The position numbers and the translations under genes are program-made. The notes below the pieces were generated by a model. That model ran no database searches and had not been told where the DNA came from. It saw nothing but the letters and a program-made list of their open reading frames with translations. This document shows positions 6,741 to 15,855 of a DNA stretch of 17,807 nucleotides, one piece after another. Numbering within the stretch: position 1 is the stretch's first letter; each line of letters opens with the position of its first letter. The DNA lies in assembly GCA_044222065.1 (NCBI GenBank), contig JBGAOA010000080.1:1-17807 (forward strand), in the 5' to 3' direction. Origin of the DNA: Candidatus Eiseniibacteriota bacterium (lineage in GTDB: Bacteria; Eisenbacteria; RBG-16-71-46).

Positions 6741-7928
6741 TCAGCGGTACGCGGCGAGACCCGTCACGGCCTCGCCGAGCACGAGCGTGTGGATGTTGTG
6801 CGTCCCCTCGTAGGTCTTCACCGACTCGAGGTTGCACATGTGCCGCATGACCGGGTACTCGGCCGTGATGCCGTTCGCGCCGAGGATGTCGCGCGAGCGG
6901 CGCGCGACGTCGAGCGCGATCTCGCAGTTGTTGCGCTTCGCCATCGAGATCTGCTGCGGCGTCACGCTGCCGCGCTCCTTGATGCGGCCGAGCTGGATCG
7001 CGAGCAGCTGCGCCTTCGTGATCTCGGTGAGCATGTCGGCGAATTCCGACTGCACCATCTGGAACGAACCGATCGGCTTTCCGAACATGATCCGCGACTT
7101 CGAGTATTCGGCCGCGGCGTGGAAGCACGCCATCGCCGCGCCGACGACGCCGAACGCGATGCCGAAGCGCGCCTGCGAGAGGCAGCCGAGCGGTCCCTTG
7201 AGTCCCGAGACGTTCGGCAGCAGGTTCGCTTCGGGCACGAACACGTCCTGCAGGATGAGTTCGCTCGTCACCGATGCGCGCAGCGAGTGCTTGCGCTTCT
7301 GCTCGGGGGCGCTGTAGCCCTTCGTGCCCTTCTCGACGAGGAAGCCCTTGATCTCTTCCTTGCCGGTCGCCTCGTTCTTGAGCTTCGCCCACACGACGGC
7401 GAGGTCCGCGACCGTGCCGTTCGTGATCCACATCTTCGCGCCGTTCAGGACGTAGCCGCCGTCCGCCTTCTTCGCCCGCGTGATCATGCCGCCCGGATCG
7501 GAGCCGAAGTCGGGCTCGGTGAGGCCGAAGCAGCCGATGACTTCGCCCTTCGCGAGCTTCGGCAGCCACTTCACTCGCTGCTCCTCGGAGCCGTAGGCGT
7601 AGATCGGCCACATCACGAGCGATCCCTGCACCGAGGCGAAGGAACGCAGGCCGGAGTCGCCGCGCTCGAGCTCCTGCATCGCGATGCCGTACGCCGTGGC
7701 GGACACGCCGGCGCAGCCGTACTTCTCGGGCAGCGACGCCCCGAGCAGGCCCATCTCGGCGACCTCGGGGATCACGTCGGCGGGGAAGTAGGCCTTCTCG
7801 TACGCGTCCTCGATCAGCGGGAGGTAGCGCTCCTCGACCCAGCCGCGCACGTGATCGCGGATCTGGATCTCGTCTTCGGTGAGCAGCGAGTCGATCTCGT
7901 AGAAGTCGACGCCGGTGAAGCGTGACAT
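6741..7928 (-). CDS. gcdH: Acyl-CoA dehydrogenase of the glutaryl-CoA dehydrogenase subfamily, 395 aa
   Basis: 'ELERGDSGLRSFASVQGSLVMWPIY', 'GCFGLTEPDFGSDP', 'LNGAKMWITNG', 'SLRASVT', 'KRNN', 'NLESVKTYEGTHNIH' are typical of the GCDH clade. GGAG RBS. Confidence 0.9.
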   Translation of the reverse strand: MSRFTGVDFYEIDSLLTEDEIQIRDHVRGWVEERYLPLIEDAYEKAYFPADVIPEVAEMGLLGASLPEKYGCAGVSATAYGIAMQELERGDSGLRSFASVQGSLVMWPIYAYGSEEQRVKWLPKLAKGEVIGCFGLTEPDFGSDPGGMITRAKKADGGYVLNGAKMWITNGTVADLAVVWAKLKNEATGKEEIKGFLVEKGTKGYSAPEQKRKHSLRASVTSELILQDVFVPEANLLPNVSGLKGPLGCLSQARFGIAFGVVGAAMACFHAAAEYSKSRIMFGKPIGSFQMVQSEFADMLTEITKAQLLAIQLGRIKERGSVTPQQISMAKRNNCEIALDVARRSRDILGANGITAEYPVMRHMCNLESVKTYEGTHNIHTLVLGEAVTGLAAYR

Positions 7929-7985
7929 GGGTTCTCTCCGGGAAGCGGCGCGGATGCGCCGATGGAACGTCGCGGAAGCGCGCGG

Positions 7986-8014
7986 AGTATAGGCGGCGCT
8001 CTCAGGCCCCTCAA
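7986..8014 (-). promoter_or_regulatory. sigma70-type promoter for gcdH (TTGAGG-N17-TATACT)
   Basis: -35 at 8014-8009, -10 at 7991-7986, 17-bp spacer. Confidence 0.65.
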
Positions 8015-8076
8015 ACGCGGCCCGCGATGCGTTGCCTCGGAATTTCGCGCGCGTCGGGCGGCCGTGCCGCGTCCCG

Positions 8077-8106
8077 TTGCGGCGGCAGCGCGCCGGCGAC
8101 TAGGCT
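8077..8106 (+). promoter_or_regulatory. sigma70-type promoter for ggt (TTGCGG-N18-TAGGCT)
   Basis: -35 at 8077-8082, -10 at 8101-8106, GGAGG RBS at 8137-8141. Confidence 0.5.
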
Positions 8107-8148
8107 GCGCGCCGTGCGCCGCACGTCCACCCACGCGGAGGATGCGTC

Positions 8149-9861
8149 ATGCCTCGCCGAACGCCCGCGCTCACGCTCGTGTGCGCGATGGGACTCCTGA
8201 TGAGCGAAGCGATGGACCAGACCGCACACGCCGCGCGCGGGAACGCCACCCGCTCCGTCGTCTACGGTCGCCACGGAATGGTCGCGTGCGCGCAGCCGCT
8301 CGCGGCCCAGGCCGGGCTCGAGATGCTGAAGAAGGGCGGCAGCGCGGTGGACGCGGCGATCGCGATCAACGCCTGCCTCGGCCTCATGGAGCCGACCGCG
8401 AACGGACTCGGCGGCGACCTGTTCGCGATCGTGTGGGACCCGAAGGCGAAATCGCTCGAGGGCCTGAACGCGAGCGGGCGCGCGCCGCTCGCGCTCACGA
8501 TCGACAAGGTGCCCCCCGAGAAGGACGGGACGATTCCGCTCTACTCGCCCTACGCGTGGACGGTGCCGGGTGCGTGCGACGGCTGGTTCGCGCTGCACGC
8601 GAAGTTCGGGAAGCTGCCGATGAAGGAGGTGCTCGCTCCGGCGATCCGCTACGCCGAAGAGGGCTTCCCGCTTTCGCCCGTGATCGCGGGCGACTGGCAG
8701 CGCTCGGTCGCGCGCTTCAAGGACAAGCCCGGCTTCGCCGACGTGTTCCTGCCCGGCGGCCGCGCGCCGGCCGAAGGCGAGGTGTTCCGCAATCCCGCCC
8801 TCGCGCGCACGCTGCGGCTGCTCGCGACGAAGGGCCGCGACGCGTTCTACCGCGGCGAGATCGCGGACGAGATCGTGAAGTTCTCGAAGGCGAACGGCGG
8901 GTTCTTCGAAAAGGAGGACTTCGCGCGCCACACGTCCACGTGGCAGAAGCCGGTCTCGACCGACTACCGCGGCTGGACGGTGTGGGAGCTGCCGCCGCCC
9001 GGGCAGGGCGTGACGGCGCTCCAGCTGCTGAACCTGATCGAGAACTTCGACCTGAAGGGCATGGGGCGTGAGTCGGCCGACTTCTGGCACCTGTTCGTCG
9101 AGGCGAAGAAGCTCGCGTTCGCCGATCGCGCGCGCTGGTTCGCCGATCCCGAGTACGCGAAGGCTCCGATCGCGGAGCTGCTGAGCAAGGACTACGCGAA
9201 GCGCCGCGCCGTGCTCGTGGACCGTGCGCACGCCGCGACCACGGACGCGCCGGGCGAGGTGAGCGCGCTCAACCAGAAGGAGACGACGTACCTGTGCGCC
9301 GCGGACGGGAACGGCATGATGGTGTCGCTGATCCAGAGCAACTACACCGGCTTCGGCAGCGGCTACTGCGTGCCGGCGGTCGGCATCGGGCTCCAGGACC
9401 GCGGCGGGCTGTTCTCGCTCGACCCGAAGCATCCGAACGCGCTCGCGCCCGGCAAGCGTCCATTCCACACGATCATCCCGGCGTTCGTGACGATCGCGGG
9501 TGAGCCGGTGATGGCGTTCGGACTCATGGGCGGGGACATGCAGCCGCAGGGCCACGCGCAGGTGATCGTGAACCTCGTGGACTTCGGCATGAACCTGCAG
9601 GAGGCGGGCGACGCGATCCGCTTCCACCACACCGGCTCGACCGAGCCGACGGGCACGGTCATGACGGACGGCGGCGTCCTGCACCTCGAGGACGGCCTGC
9701 CGGCGGAAGTGCTCGACGAGCTGAAGCGCCGCGGTCACGTGATCGAGCCCGAGCCCGTCGGCGCGTACGGCGGCTATCAGGCGATCTGGCGCGATCCGAA
9801 GACGGGCGTCTACTCGGGCGCGACCGAGAAGCGCAAGGACGGCTGCGCGCTCGGCTACTGA
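8149..9861 (+). CDS. ggt: Gamma-glutamyltransferase / glutathione hydrolase (Ntn hydrolase), 570 aa, probably exported
   Basis: 'GGSAVDAAIA', 'GLGGDLFA', 'TVPG', 'ELPPPGQG', nucleophile Thr in 'ETTYLCAAD', 'PGKRPFHTIIP', 'GLMGGDMQPQGH', 'RKDGCALGY'. Confidence 0.95.
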   Translation: MPRRTPALTLVCAMGLLMSEAMDQTAHAARGNATRSVVYGRHGMVACAQPLAAQAGLEMLKKGGSAVDAAIAINACLGLMEPTANGLGGDLFAIVWDPKAKSLEGLNASGRAPLALTIDKVPPEKDGTIPLYSPYAWTVPGACDGWFALHAKFGKLPMKEVLAPAIRYAEEGFPLSPVIAGDWQRSVARFKDKPGFADVFLPGGRAPAEGEVFRNPALARTLRLLATKGRDAFYRGEIADEIVKFSKANGGFFEKEDFARHTSTWQKPVSTDYRGWTVWELPPPGQGVTALQLLNLIENFDLKGMGRESADFWHLFVEAKKLAFADRARWFADPEYAKAPIAELLSKDYAKRRAVLVDRAHAATTDAPGEVSALNQKETTYLCAADGNGMMVSLIQSNYTGFGSGYCVPAVGIGLQDRGGLFSLDPKHPNALAPGKRPFHTIIPAFVTIAGEPVMAFGLMGGDMQPQGHAQVIVNLVDFGMNLQEAGDAIRFHHTGSTEPTGTVMTDGGVLHLEDGLPAEVLDELKRRGHVIEPEPVGAYGGYQAIWRDPKTGVYSGATEKRKDGCALGY

Positions 9862-9874
9862 GCGCGCGCGACGG

Positions 9875-9904
9875 AACGGGGCCCGCGGCGGCGCGGGCCC
9901 CGTT
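9875..9904. terminator. Probable intrinsic (possibly bidirectional) terminator
   Basis: AACGGGGCCCGCG-GCGG-CGCGGGCCCCGTT, a 13-bp stem between convergent genes, with a T-containing tail on +. Confidence 0.75.
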
Positions 9905-9927
9905 TCGCGTTCGAGGCGGCGCGCCGT

Positions 9928-10689
9928 TCAGCGCGGCGCGGGCAGCGTGAAGCGAGCGCCGACCGCGATCGCGCTCGCGTCCGCGCCCCCCGACGTGCCG
10001 AAGCGTCCCGTGAGCCGCGCCTCGATTCCCGGCCGCAGTTCACAGCGCAGCCGGACGAACCCGCCGGCGCCCTCGTACGGTCCGCCGGTCGCGAGGCCGG
10101 CGTGCACGTGGAGCGGGCGCCAGTTCATGCGGCCGCCGCCGCCGATCGTCAGGTAGCCGCCGTCGGAATAGAGCGGCACGCCTTCCATCCACTCGACGGC
10201 GAAGAACTTCTCGTCGCGATCGCCCAGGCGCAGGTGCGCGCTGATGTCGTTGAGCGGATGGTCGTCCGCTTCGCGCGCGCCTTCGCCCGCGGTCGGGAAT
10301 TCGCGCTCGTGCAGCACGACGCCGATGCCCGCGCCGCTGTGCGGGCCCTCGAGCGCGAGGTAGGGGTTCACGTAGCGGTTGTCTGCGGGAGCTTCCGCCG
10401 CGGGCGTCGCGGGATCCTCGTCCGGGTCGTCTCGCAGCACGCCGCCGCGCACGCCCGCGGTCAGTCCCGGACCCGCGAAGCGGTGTTCGAGCTGTGCTCC
10501 GGCGTCGGCGAAGTGCACGAAGTCCTGGTCCACGATCTGTCCTTCGCACCCGCGCGAGATCAGCGCGTACTCGCCGTAGCCGGCCCCGAGTTCGAGCGTC
10601 GTCTCGGACGAGGCCGTGTCGCGCGGCACGTCGAACGCCAGCGGCGTGGCGGCGGACAGCACAACGATCGCGATCAAAGATCGGTTCAT
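9928..10689 (-). CDS. Hypothetical exported protein, possibly a beta-barrel, 253 aa
   Basis: AGGAGG RBS, signal-like N-terminus, Gly/aromatic amphipathic strands (ELGAGYGEY, LTAGVRGG, IAVGARF), normal GC3-rich codon use. Confidence 0.72.
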   Translation of the reverse strand: MNRSLIAIVVLSAATPLAFDVPRDTASSETTLELGAGYGEYALISRGCEGQIVDQDFVHFADAGAQLEHRFAGPGLTAGVRGGVLRDDPDEDPATPAAEAPADNRYVNPYLALEGPHSGAGIGVVLHEREFPTAGEGAREADDHPLNDISAHLRLGDRDEKFFAVEWMEGVPLYSDGGYLTIGGGGRMNWRPLHVHAGLATGGPYEGAGGFVRLRCELRPGIEARLTGRFGTSGGADASAIAVGARFTLPAPR

Positions 10690-10809
10690 GGCGACCCTCC
10701 TGAGTCGTCGTCGTCCCGGGCCGGTGCGTGTGACATGCTACGATGCGCGCCCCCGCGCGTCACCGCTCGGGCTCCGGCCGCCGACCGACATCCGACGGAG
10801 GTTCGTTTC

Positions 10810-13371
10810 GTGGCGTACCGCTCTCTCGCTCGCATCCCGGCGCGCGCCTCGTGCGCGTTGCTGCTGCTCCTCCTCGTCGCGCCCGGGGCGCGCTCCGACG
10901 TCCGCCCGCCCGACTCGAAGAACGCCGCCGAGATCCGCGAAGCGCTCGCGAAGCTCCAGGTGACGGGCAGCGTGCTGTACGTCGCCGCGCACCCGGACGA
11001 CGAGAACACGGCGTTCATCGCGTGGTGCTCGCAGGGCCGGAGGCTCCGGACCGGTTATCTCGCGATGACCCGCGGCGACGGCGGACAGAACCTGATCGGC
11101 ACCGAGATCGGCTCCGAACTCGGCGTGCTGCGCACGCAGGAGCTGCTCGCGGCGCGGCGCGTGGACGGCGGCGAGCAGTTCTTCACCCGCGCGCTCGACT
11201 TCGGCTATTCGAAATCTCCGGACGAGACGATGCGCGTGTGGGACCACGACCGCGTGCTCGCCGACGCGGTGTGGGTGATCCGCCGCTTCCGCCCGGACGT
11301 GATCGTGACGCGCTTCGGCGTGGACGGCAGCGGCGGGCACGGCCACCACACGGCGTCCGCGATGATCGCCGAAGAGGCGTTCGAGGCCGCGGCCGACCCC
11401 GCGCGCTTCCCCGACCAGCTCGCGCGGGTGAAGCCGTGGCGCGCGAAGCGGCTCCTCTGGAACAACTGGCAGGCGAAGCGGACGCCCGAGGGGCCGCCGG
11501 TCCTCGGCATCGATCTCGGCGACTGGAACCCGCGGCTCGGCGCGGCCTACACCGAGATCGCCGGCCGCAGCCGCAGCATGCACAAGAGCCAGGGCTTCGG
11601 CGCGCCCGAGCGCCGCGGCACGATCCCGAACGCGTTCGAGCACCGCCTCGGCGAACCCGCGGCGCGCGACCTCATGGACGGCGTCACGCTCGACTGGACG
11701 CGCGTGCCGGGCGGCGGCGCGGTCGCGCGCGCGCTCGAGCAGGCGAGTGCGGCGTTCGATCCCGAGCGGCCGGCCGCGATCGTTCCCGCGCTGCTCGATG
11801 CCGACGCGGCGATGGCGTCGCTCCCGGACGAGCCGCTCGTGCGCGCGAAGCGCCGCGAGCTGAACGAGCTCGTGCGTGCGTGCGCGGGACTGTGGATCGA
11901 GGCGCTCGCCCAGCGTCCGACGACGTCGCCCGGGGCGACGCTGCGCGTCGCGACCTCGGTGCTGCAGCGCGCGGGCGCGCCGTTCTCGGTCGAATCGGTC
12001 GCGCTGCCGGGCGCCACCGAGACGCGCTGGTCGGGCGACCAGCCGGGCGCGGAGTTCGCGCCGCTGCGCGCGGCGCCGCTCGCCTCAGCGGGGCCGTTCG
12101 CGCTCGAGCCGAACCGCACGCTGCGCGCGGAGCAGTCGGTCGTTCTGCCCGCCGACGCGCCGATCACGCAGCCCTACTGGCTCGAACGTCCGGCGCGGCC
12201 GGGTTCGTTCGAAGTGGACGATCTCGCGCGCATCGGTGCGCCCGAGAACGCGCCGGCGCTCGTCGCGCGCGTGACGCTCGCGCTCGGCGCGCGGCGCTTC
12301 GTCGTGGACGCGCCCGTCGTCTACAAGTGGACCGATCCCGTCGAAGGCGAGCGCTACCGGCCGCTCGAAGTCGCGCCGCCCGTGACGTGCCGCCTCGACG
12401 AGCCCGTCGTGCTGTTCGCGAGCGCCGCACCGAAGACCGTGCGCGTGATCGCGCGCGCGAGCGTGTCGGACACGGCGGCGACGCTGCGGCTCGAAGCCCC
12501 GGCGGGCTTCCGCGTCGAGCCGGCCTCGCGCGCGGTGCGCGTGCCCGCGGGCGACGCCGAAGTGACGGCCGAATTCACCGTGACGCCGCCCGCGGGCGCC
12601 GCGACCGGCGTGCTGCGCGCGGTCGCCGAGGTCGGCGGCCGGCCGTGGTCCCACCGGCTCGTGCGCATCGACCACTCGCACGTCCCGATCCAGACGCTGT
12701 TCCCGCCGGCCGAGGCGAAGCTCGTGCGCGCCGACGTGCGCGCGAGCGGCGGCGAGGTCGGCTACGTCATGGGCTCGGGCGACCCGGTCCCCGAGGCGCT
12801 GCGGCAGCTCGGCTTCAAGGTGACGCTGCTCTCGGACGACGAGCTCGAGCGCGCGCCGCTCCAGCGCTTCGCCGCGATCGTCGTCGGCGTGCGCGCGTAC
12901 AACACGCGCGAGCGGCTGCGTGCGCTGAAGCCGCGCCTCTCGGCCTACGTCGAGGGCGGCGGCCGGCTCGTCGTGCAGTACGACACCGCCGACACGACGC
13001 TCGACGACCGCATCGGCCCGTACCGCTTCCGCATCTCGCGCGACCGCGTGACGGTCGAAGAGGCCGAGATGCACTTCAAGAACGCGGCGCACCCGCTGCT
13101 CACGACGCCGAACCGCATCGGCGCCGCCGACTTCGACGGCTGGGTGCAGGAGCGCGGCCTCTACTTCGCGGGCTCGTGGGACCCGCGCTACGAGACCGTG
13201 CTGTCGGCGAACGATCCGGGCGAGTCGCCGAAGGACGGCTCGATCCTGTACGCGAAGTTCGGCAAGGGCGTGTTCGTCTACACCGGGCTCGCGTGGTTCC
13301 GCCAGCTGCCCGCGGGCGTGCCGGGCGCCTACCGGCTGTTCGCGAACCTCGTGAGCGCGCCGAGGCCGTGA
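10810..13371 (+). CDS. PIG-L/LmbE-family de-N-acetylase with Ig-like (NEW3/NPCBM-associated-like) and C-terminal GATase-like domains, exported, 853 aa
   Basis: 'AAHPDDE', 'TRGDGGQN', 'LRTQELLAARRVDG', 'DFGYSK', 'HGHH', 'RSMHKSQGFG', 'WVQERGLYF', 'FRQLPAGVPGAYRLFANL'. GGAGG at 10797-10801 precedes GTG 10810, followed by a signal peptide. Confidence 0.92.
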   Translation: MAYRSLARIPARASCALLLLLLVAPGARSDVRPPDSKNAAEIREALAKLQVTGSVLYVAAHPDDENTAFIAWCSQGRRLRTGYLAMTRGDGGQNLIGTEIGSELGVLRTQELLAARRVDGGEQFFTRALDFGYSKSPDETMRVWDHDRVLADAVWVIRRFRPDVIVTRFGVDGSGGHGHHTASAMIAEEAFEAAADPARFPDQLARVKPWRAKRLLWNNWQAKRTPEGPPVLGIDLGDWNPRLGAAYTEIAGRSRSMHKSQGFGAPERRGTIPNAFEHRLGEPAARDLMDGVTLDWTRVPGGGAVARALEQASAAFDPERPAAIVPALLDADAAMASLPDEPLVRAKRRELNELVRACAGLWIEALAQRPTTSPGATLRVATSVLQRAGAPFSVESVALPGATETRWSGDQPGAEFAPLRAAPLASAGPFALEPNRTLRAEQSVVLPADAPITQPYWLERPARPGSFEVDDLARIGAPENAPALVARVTLALGARRFVVDAPVVYKWTDPVEGERYRPLEVAPPVTCRLDEPVVLFASAAPKTVRVIARASVSDTAATLRLEAPAGFRVEPASRAVRVPAGDAEVTAEFTVTPPAGAATGVLRAVAEVGGRPWSHRLVRIDHSHVPIQTLFPPAEAKLVRADVRASGGEVGYVMGSGDPVPEALRQLGFKVTLLSDDELERAPLQRFAAIVVGVRAYNTRERLRALKPRLSAYVEGGGRLVVQYDTADTTLDDRIGPYRFRISRDRVTVEEAEMHFKNAAHPLLTTPNRIGAADFDGWVQERGLYFAGSWDPRYETVLSANDPGESPKDGSILYAKFGKGVFVYTGLAWFRQLPAGVPGAYRLFANLVSAPRP

Positions 13372-13505
13372 ACGCGCGGACGGGCGCGACGGACGAGCCC
13401 GAACCGCCGGTCCCGGGCGGCTGGCGCGCGCTGTACGCGCTCGTCGTGCTCGAACTCGCCGCCGTGATCGCGGCGCTCGGGTGGCTCAGCCGCCGCTTCG
13501 GATGA
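13368..13505 (+). CDS. Small single-TM protein (45 aa), probable symporter accessory subunit
   Basis: MNARTGATDEPEPPVPGGWRALYALVVLELAAVIAALGWLSRRFG. GTGA overlap with the deacetylase stop and ATGA overlap with the symporter start. Confidence 0.8.
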   Translation: MNARTGATDEPEPPVPGGWRALYALVVLELAAVIAALGWLSRRFG

Positions 13506-15202
13506 GCGCGCTCGACTGGCTCGTGATGTTCGGCACGCTCGGCGCGTTCGTCGCGTACGGCGTGTGGCGCGGTCGCGGCGCTCGCGATCTGTCGGGATTC
13601 CTGCTCGCGGGCCGCAGCCTGCCGTGGCCCGCGGTCGCGCTGTCCGTCATGGCGACGCAGGCGAGCGCCATCACGTTTCTCTCGACGCCGGGACAGGGCT
13701 ACGCGGACGGCCTGCGCTTCGTCCAGTTCTACCTCGGCCTGCCGCTCGCGATGGTCGTGCTGTGCGTCACCGCGGTCCCGATCTTCCACCGGCTCGGCGT
13801 GTTCACGGCCTACGAGTACCTGGAGAGCCGCTTCGACCCGAAGACGCGCTCGCTCGCCGCGGCGCTGTTCCTCGTCCAGCGCGGGCTCGCCGCCGGACTG
13901 ACGATCTACGCGCCGGCGCTCATCCTGTCGGTCGTGCTCGGCTGGGACGTGCGCTGGACGTGCGCGCTGATCGGCGCGCTCGTCGTCGCGTACACGGCGA
14001 CAGGCGGCAGTCGCGCGGTGAGTCACACGCACGTTCTCCAGTTCACGATCGTCCTCGCCACGATGGCCGCAGCGTTCGCGCTCGCGGTGCGCGCGCTGCC
14101 GGAGGGCGTCGGCTTCGGCGGCGCGCTCCAGACGGCGGGCGAACTCGGCAAGCTGCGCGCGCTCGAGACGCGCTTCGACCCGAACGACCGCTACAACCTG
14201 TGGTCGGGACTGATCGGCGGGTTCTTCCTGCAGCTCGCGTATTTCGGCACGGACCAGTCGCAGGTCGGCCGCTACCTCACGGGGCGTTCGATCGGCGAGA
14301 GCCGGCTCGGGCTGTTGTTCAACGGCGTCGTGAAGATCCCGATGCAGTTCGCGATCCTGCTGCTCGGCGTGACGGTGTGGGTGTTCTACCTGTTCGCTCC
14401 GGCGCCGGCGTCGTTCAATCCCGGCCAGCGCGCGTCGCTCGCGCGCGGGGCGCTCGCCGCGGACGCGGCGGCGGTCGAGCGCGACCACTCGGCCGCGTGG
14501 GGCGCGCGTCGCGACGCGGCGCGCGCGTGCTCGTCGCGGCGATCCGCCGGAGGACGCGCCGCTCGTCGCGCGCGCGCGCGAGCCGTGCGCGACGCCGATC
14601 GCGGTCGACGCGCGCTCGCGCTGGAATTCGCTCGCGAAGCGCGCCGATCGCGGCGCCGTCGAACGACGCGAACTACGTGTTCCTGGCCTTCGTGCTCGGG
14701 GCGCTGCCGGCCGGCCTCGTCGGCCTCGTCTTCGCGGCCGTCTTCGCCGCGTCCATGAACTCGACCTCGGCCGAGCTGTCGGCGCTCACCTCGACGACGG
14801 TCGTGGACGTGATCCGCCGGCTCCCGGGCCATCGCGCGGACGAACGGCTGCGACGTCGCGACGTCGCGCCTCGTGACCGTGGTCTGGACGCTGTTCGCGA
14901 TCGGCTTCGCCCAGTGGGCGAGCGGGCTCGGCACGCTCGTCGAGGCCGTGAACATCCTGGGGTCGCTGTTCTACGGGACGATCCTCGGCATCTTCCTCAC
15001 GGCGTTCTACCTGCGCCGCGTGGGCGGCACGGCGGTGTTCGCCGCGGCGATCGTCGCCGAGGCCGTCGTGATCGCGTGCTTCGCGCTCACGAAGCTGTCG
15101 TTCCTCTGGTACAACGTGATCGGCGCGCTGCTCGTGATGCTCGTCGCGGCGCTGCTCGCCGCGGCCGGCGTCGGCCGGCGCGCGGCGGACGCGGCGCGCT
15201 AA
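13502..15202 (+). pseudogene. Sodium:solute symporter (SSS/SLC5 family), frameshifted in this sequence (likely sequencing error, or a true pseudogene)
   Basis: N-terminal part 'SVMATQASAITFLSTPGQGY', 'TAYEYLESRFD', 'YFGTDQSQVGRYL' is in the 13502 frame. The middle 'NDANYVFLAF...AASMNSTSAELSAL' (about 14660-14845) is in another frame. The C-terminal 'LVEAVNILGSLFYGTILGIF...SFLWYNVIG' returns to the original frame. In-frame TGA at 14756-14758. Confidence 0.85.
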
Positions 15203-15855
15203 CGCGCGACGACGACGCGGCGGCGGACGGACTCGTTTCCGAACGCCGCGCGCACGAGGTAGAGCCCCGGCGCGACCGCGCGTCCGTCGCCGTCGCGCAG
15301 GTCCCACCGCAGGGTCGACGCGCCGGCCGAGCGCCAGCCCCGCGCGAGCGCGCGGACGTGTCGGCCGTTCACGTCGAACACGTCCACCGCGAGCGGCGCG
15401 TCGCCCGGGAGCGAGAACGCGAACACCGCCTCGGAGCGCACCGGGTTCGGCGTCGGCGGCGCGAACGCGAAGGCGGCCGCGCCCGGCTCGACGCCGGTCG
15501 TCGTGCTCGACATCGCGATGACGTTCGAGATCGAGGACCAGTTGAACGCCTCGTCGCGCGTCCGCAGCGCGAAGAAGTAGTTGGGGCCCACGGCGAGCCC
15601 CGGCACCGTGAACTGCTCCGGCTGCCCCGCCGCGCGCGGCGCGGCGAGCCCCGCGACGGGCGTCGCCTGCGCGAAGTTCGCGGCGTGGATCGGGGCGGTC
15701 GAGTAGCGGAGTTCGTACGCGGCGGCGCGGCCGACGACGCCGTCGTCGCCCGGTGCGGTCCAGTGGAGCGTGATCGAGACGGTCGGCGCGGCGGATCCGA
15801 CGCCTGCAACGAGGAGACACGGAACGGCGAGGGCCAGCGCAGCGATGAGACGCAT
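15199..15855 (-). CDS. Secreted protein: FN3-like domain + FlgD-Ig/T9SS-type-A-like C-terminal domain, 218 aa
   Basis: Signal peptide. FN3-like 'ITLHWTAPGDDG...YELRYS...VPGL...YFFALRTRDEAFNWSSISN'. C-terminal 'PTPNPVR...VFDVNGRHVRAL...WDLRDGDGRAVAPGLYLVR'. GGAGG RBS before ATG 15855. Confidence 0.87.
   Translation of the reverse strand: MRLIAALALAVPCLLVAGVGSAAPTVSITLHWTAPGDDGVVGRAAAYELRYSTAPIHAANFAQATPVAGLAAPRAAGQPEQFTVPGLAVGPNYFFALRTRDEAFNWSSISNVIAMSSTTTGVEPGAAAFAFAPPTPNPVRSEAVFAFSLPGDAPLAVDVFDVNGRHVRALARGWRSAGASTLRWDLRDGDGRAVAPGLYLVRAAFGNESVRRRVVVAR

Noticed and set aside
8149..8230. Twin-arginine (Tat) signal in GGT (MPRRTPAL)
   Set aside because: It lacks the S/T-R-R-x-F-L consensus, so it is more likely an ordinary Sec-type N-region.
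6741..9861. Functional link between the divergent gcdH and ggt (glutaryl-acylase hypothesis)
   Set aside because: Some GGT-family enzymes cleave glutaryl amides, but nothing here beyond adjacency supports this. Each gene has its own ordinary promoter and no shared operator was seen.
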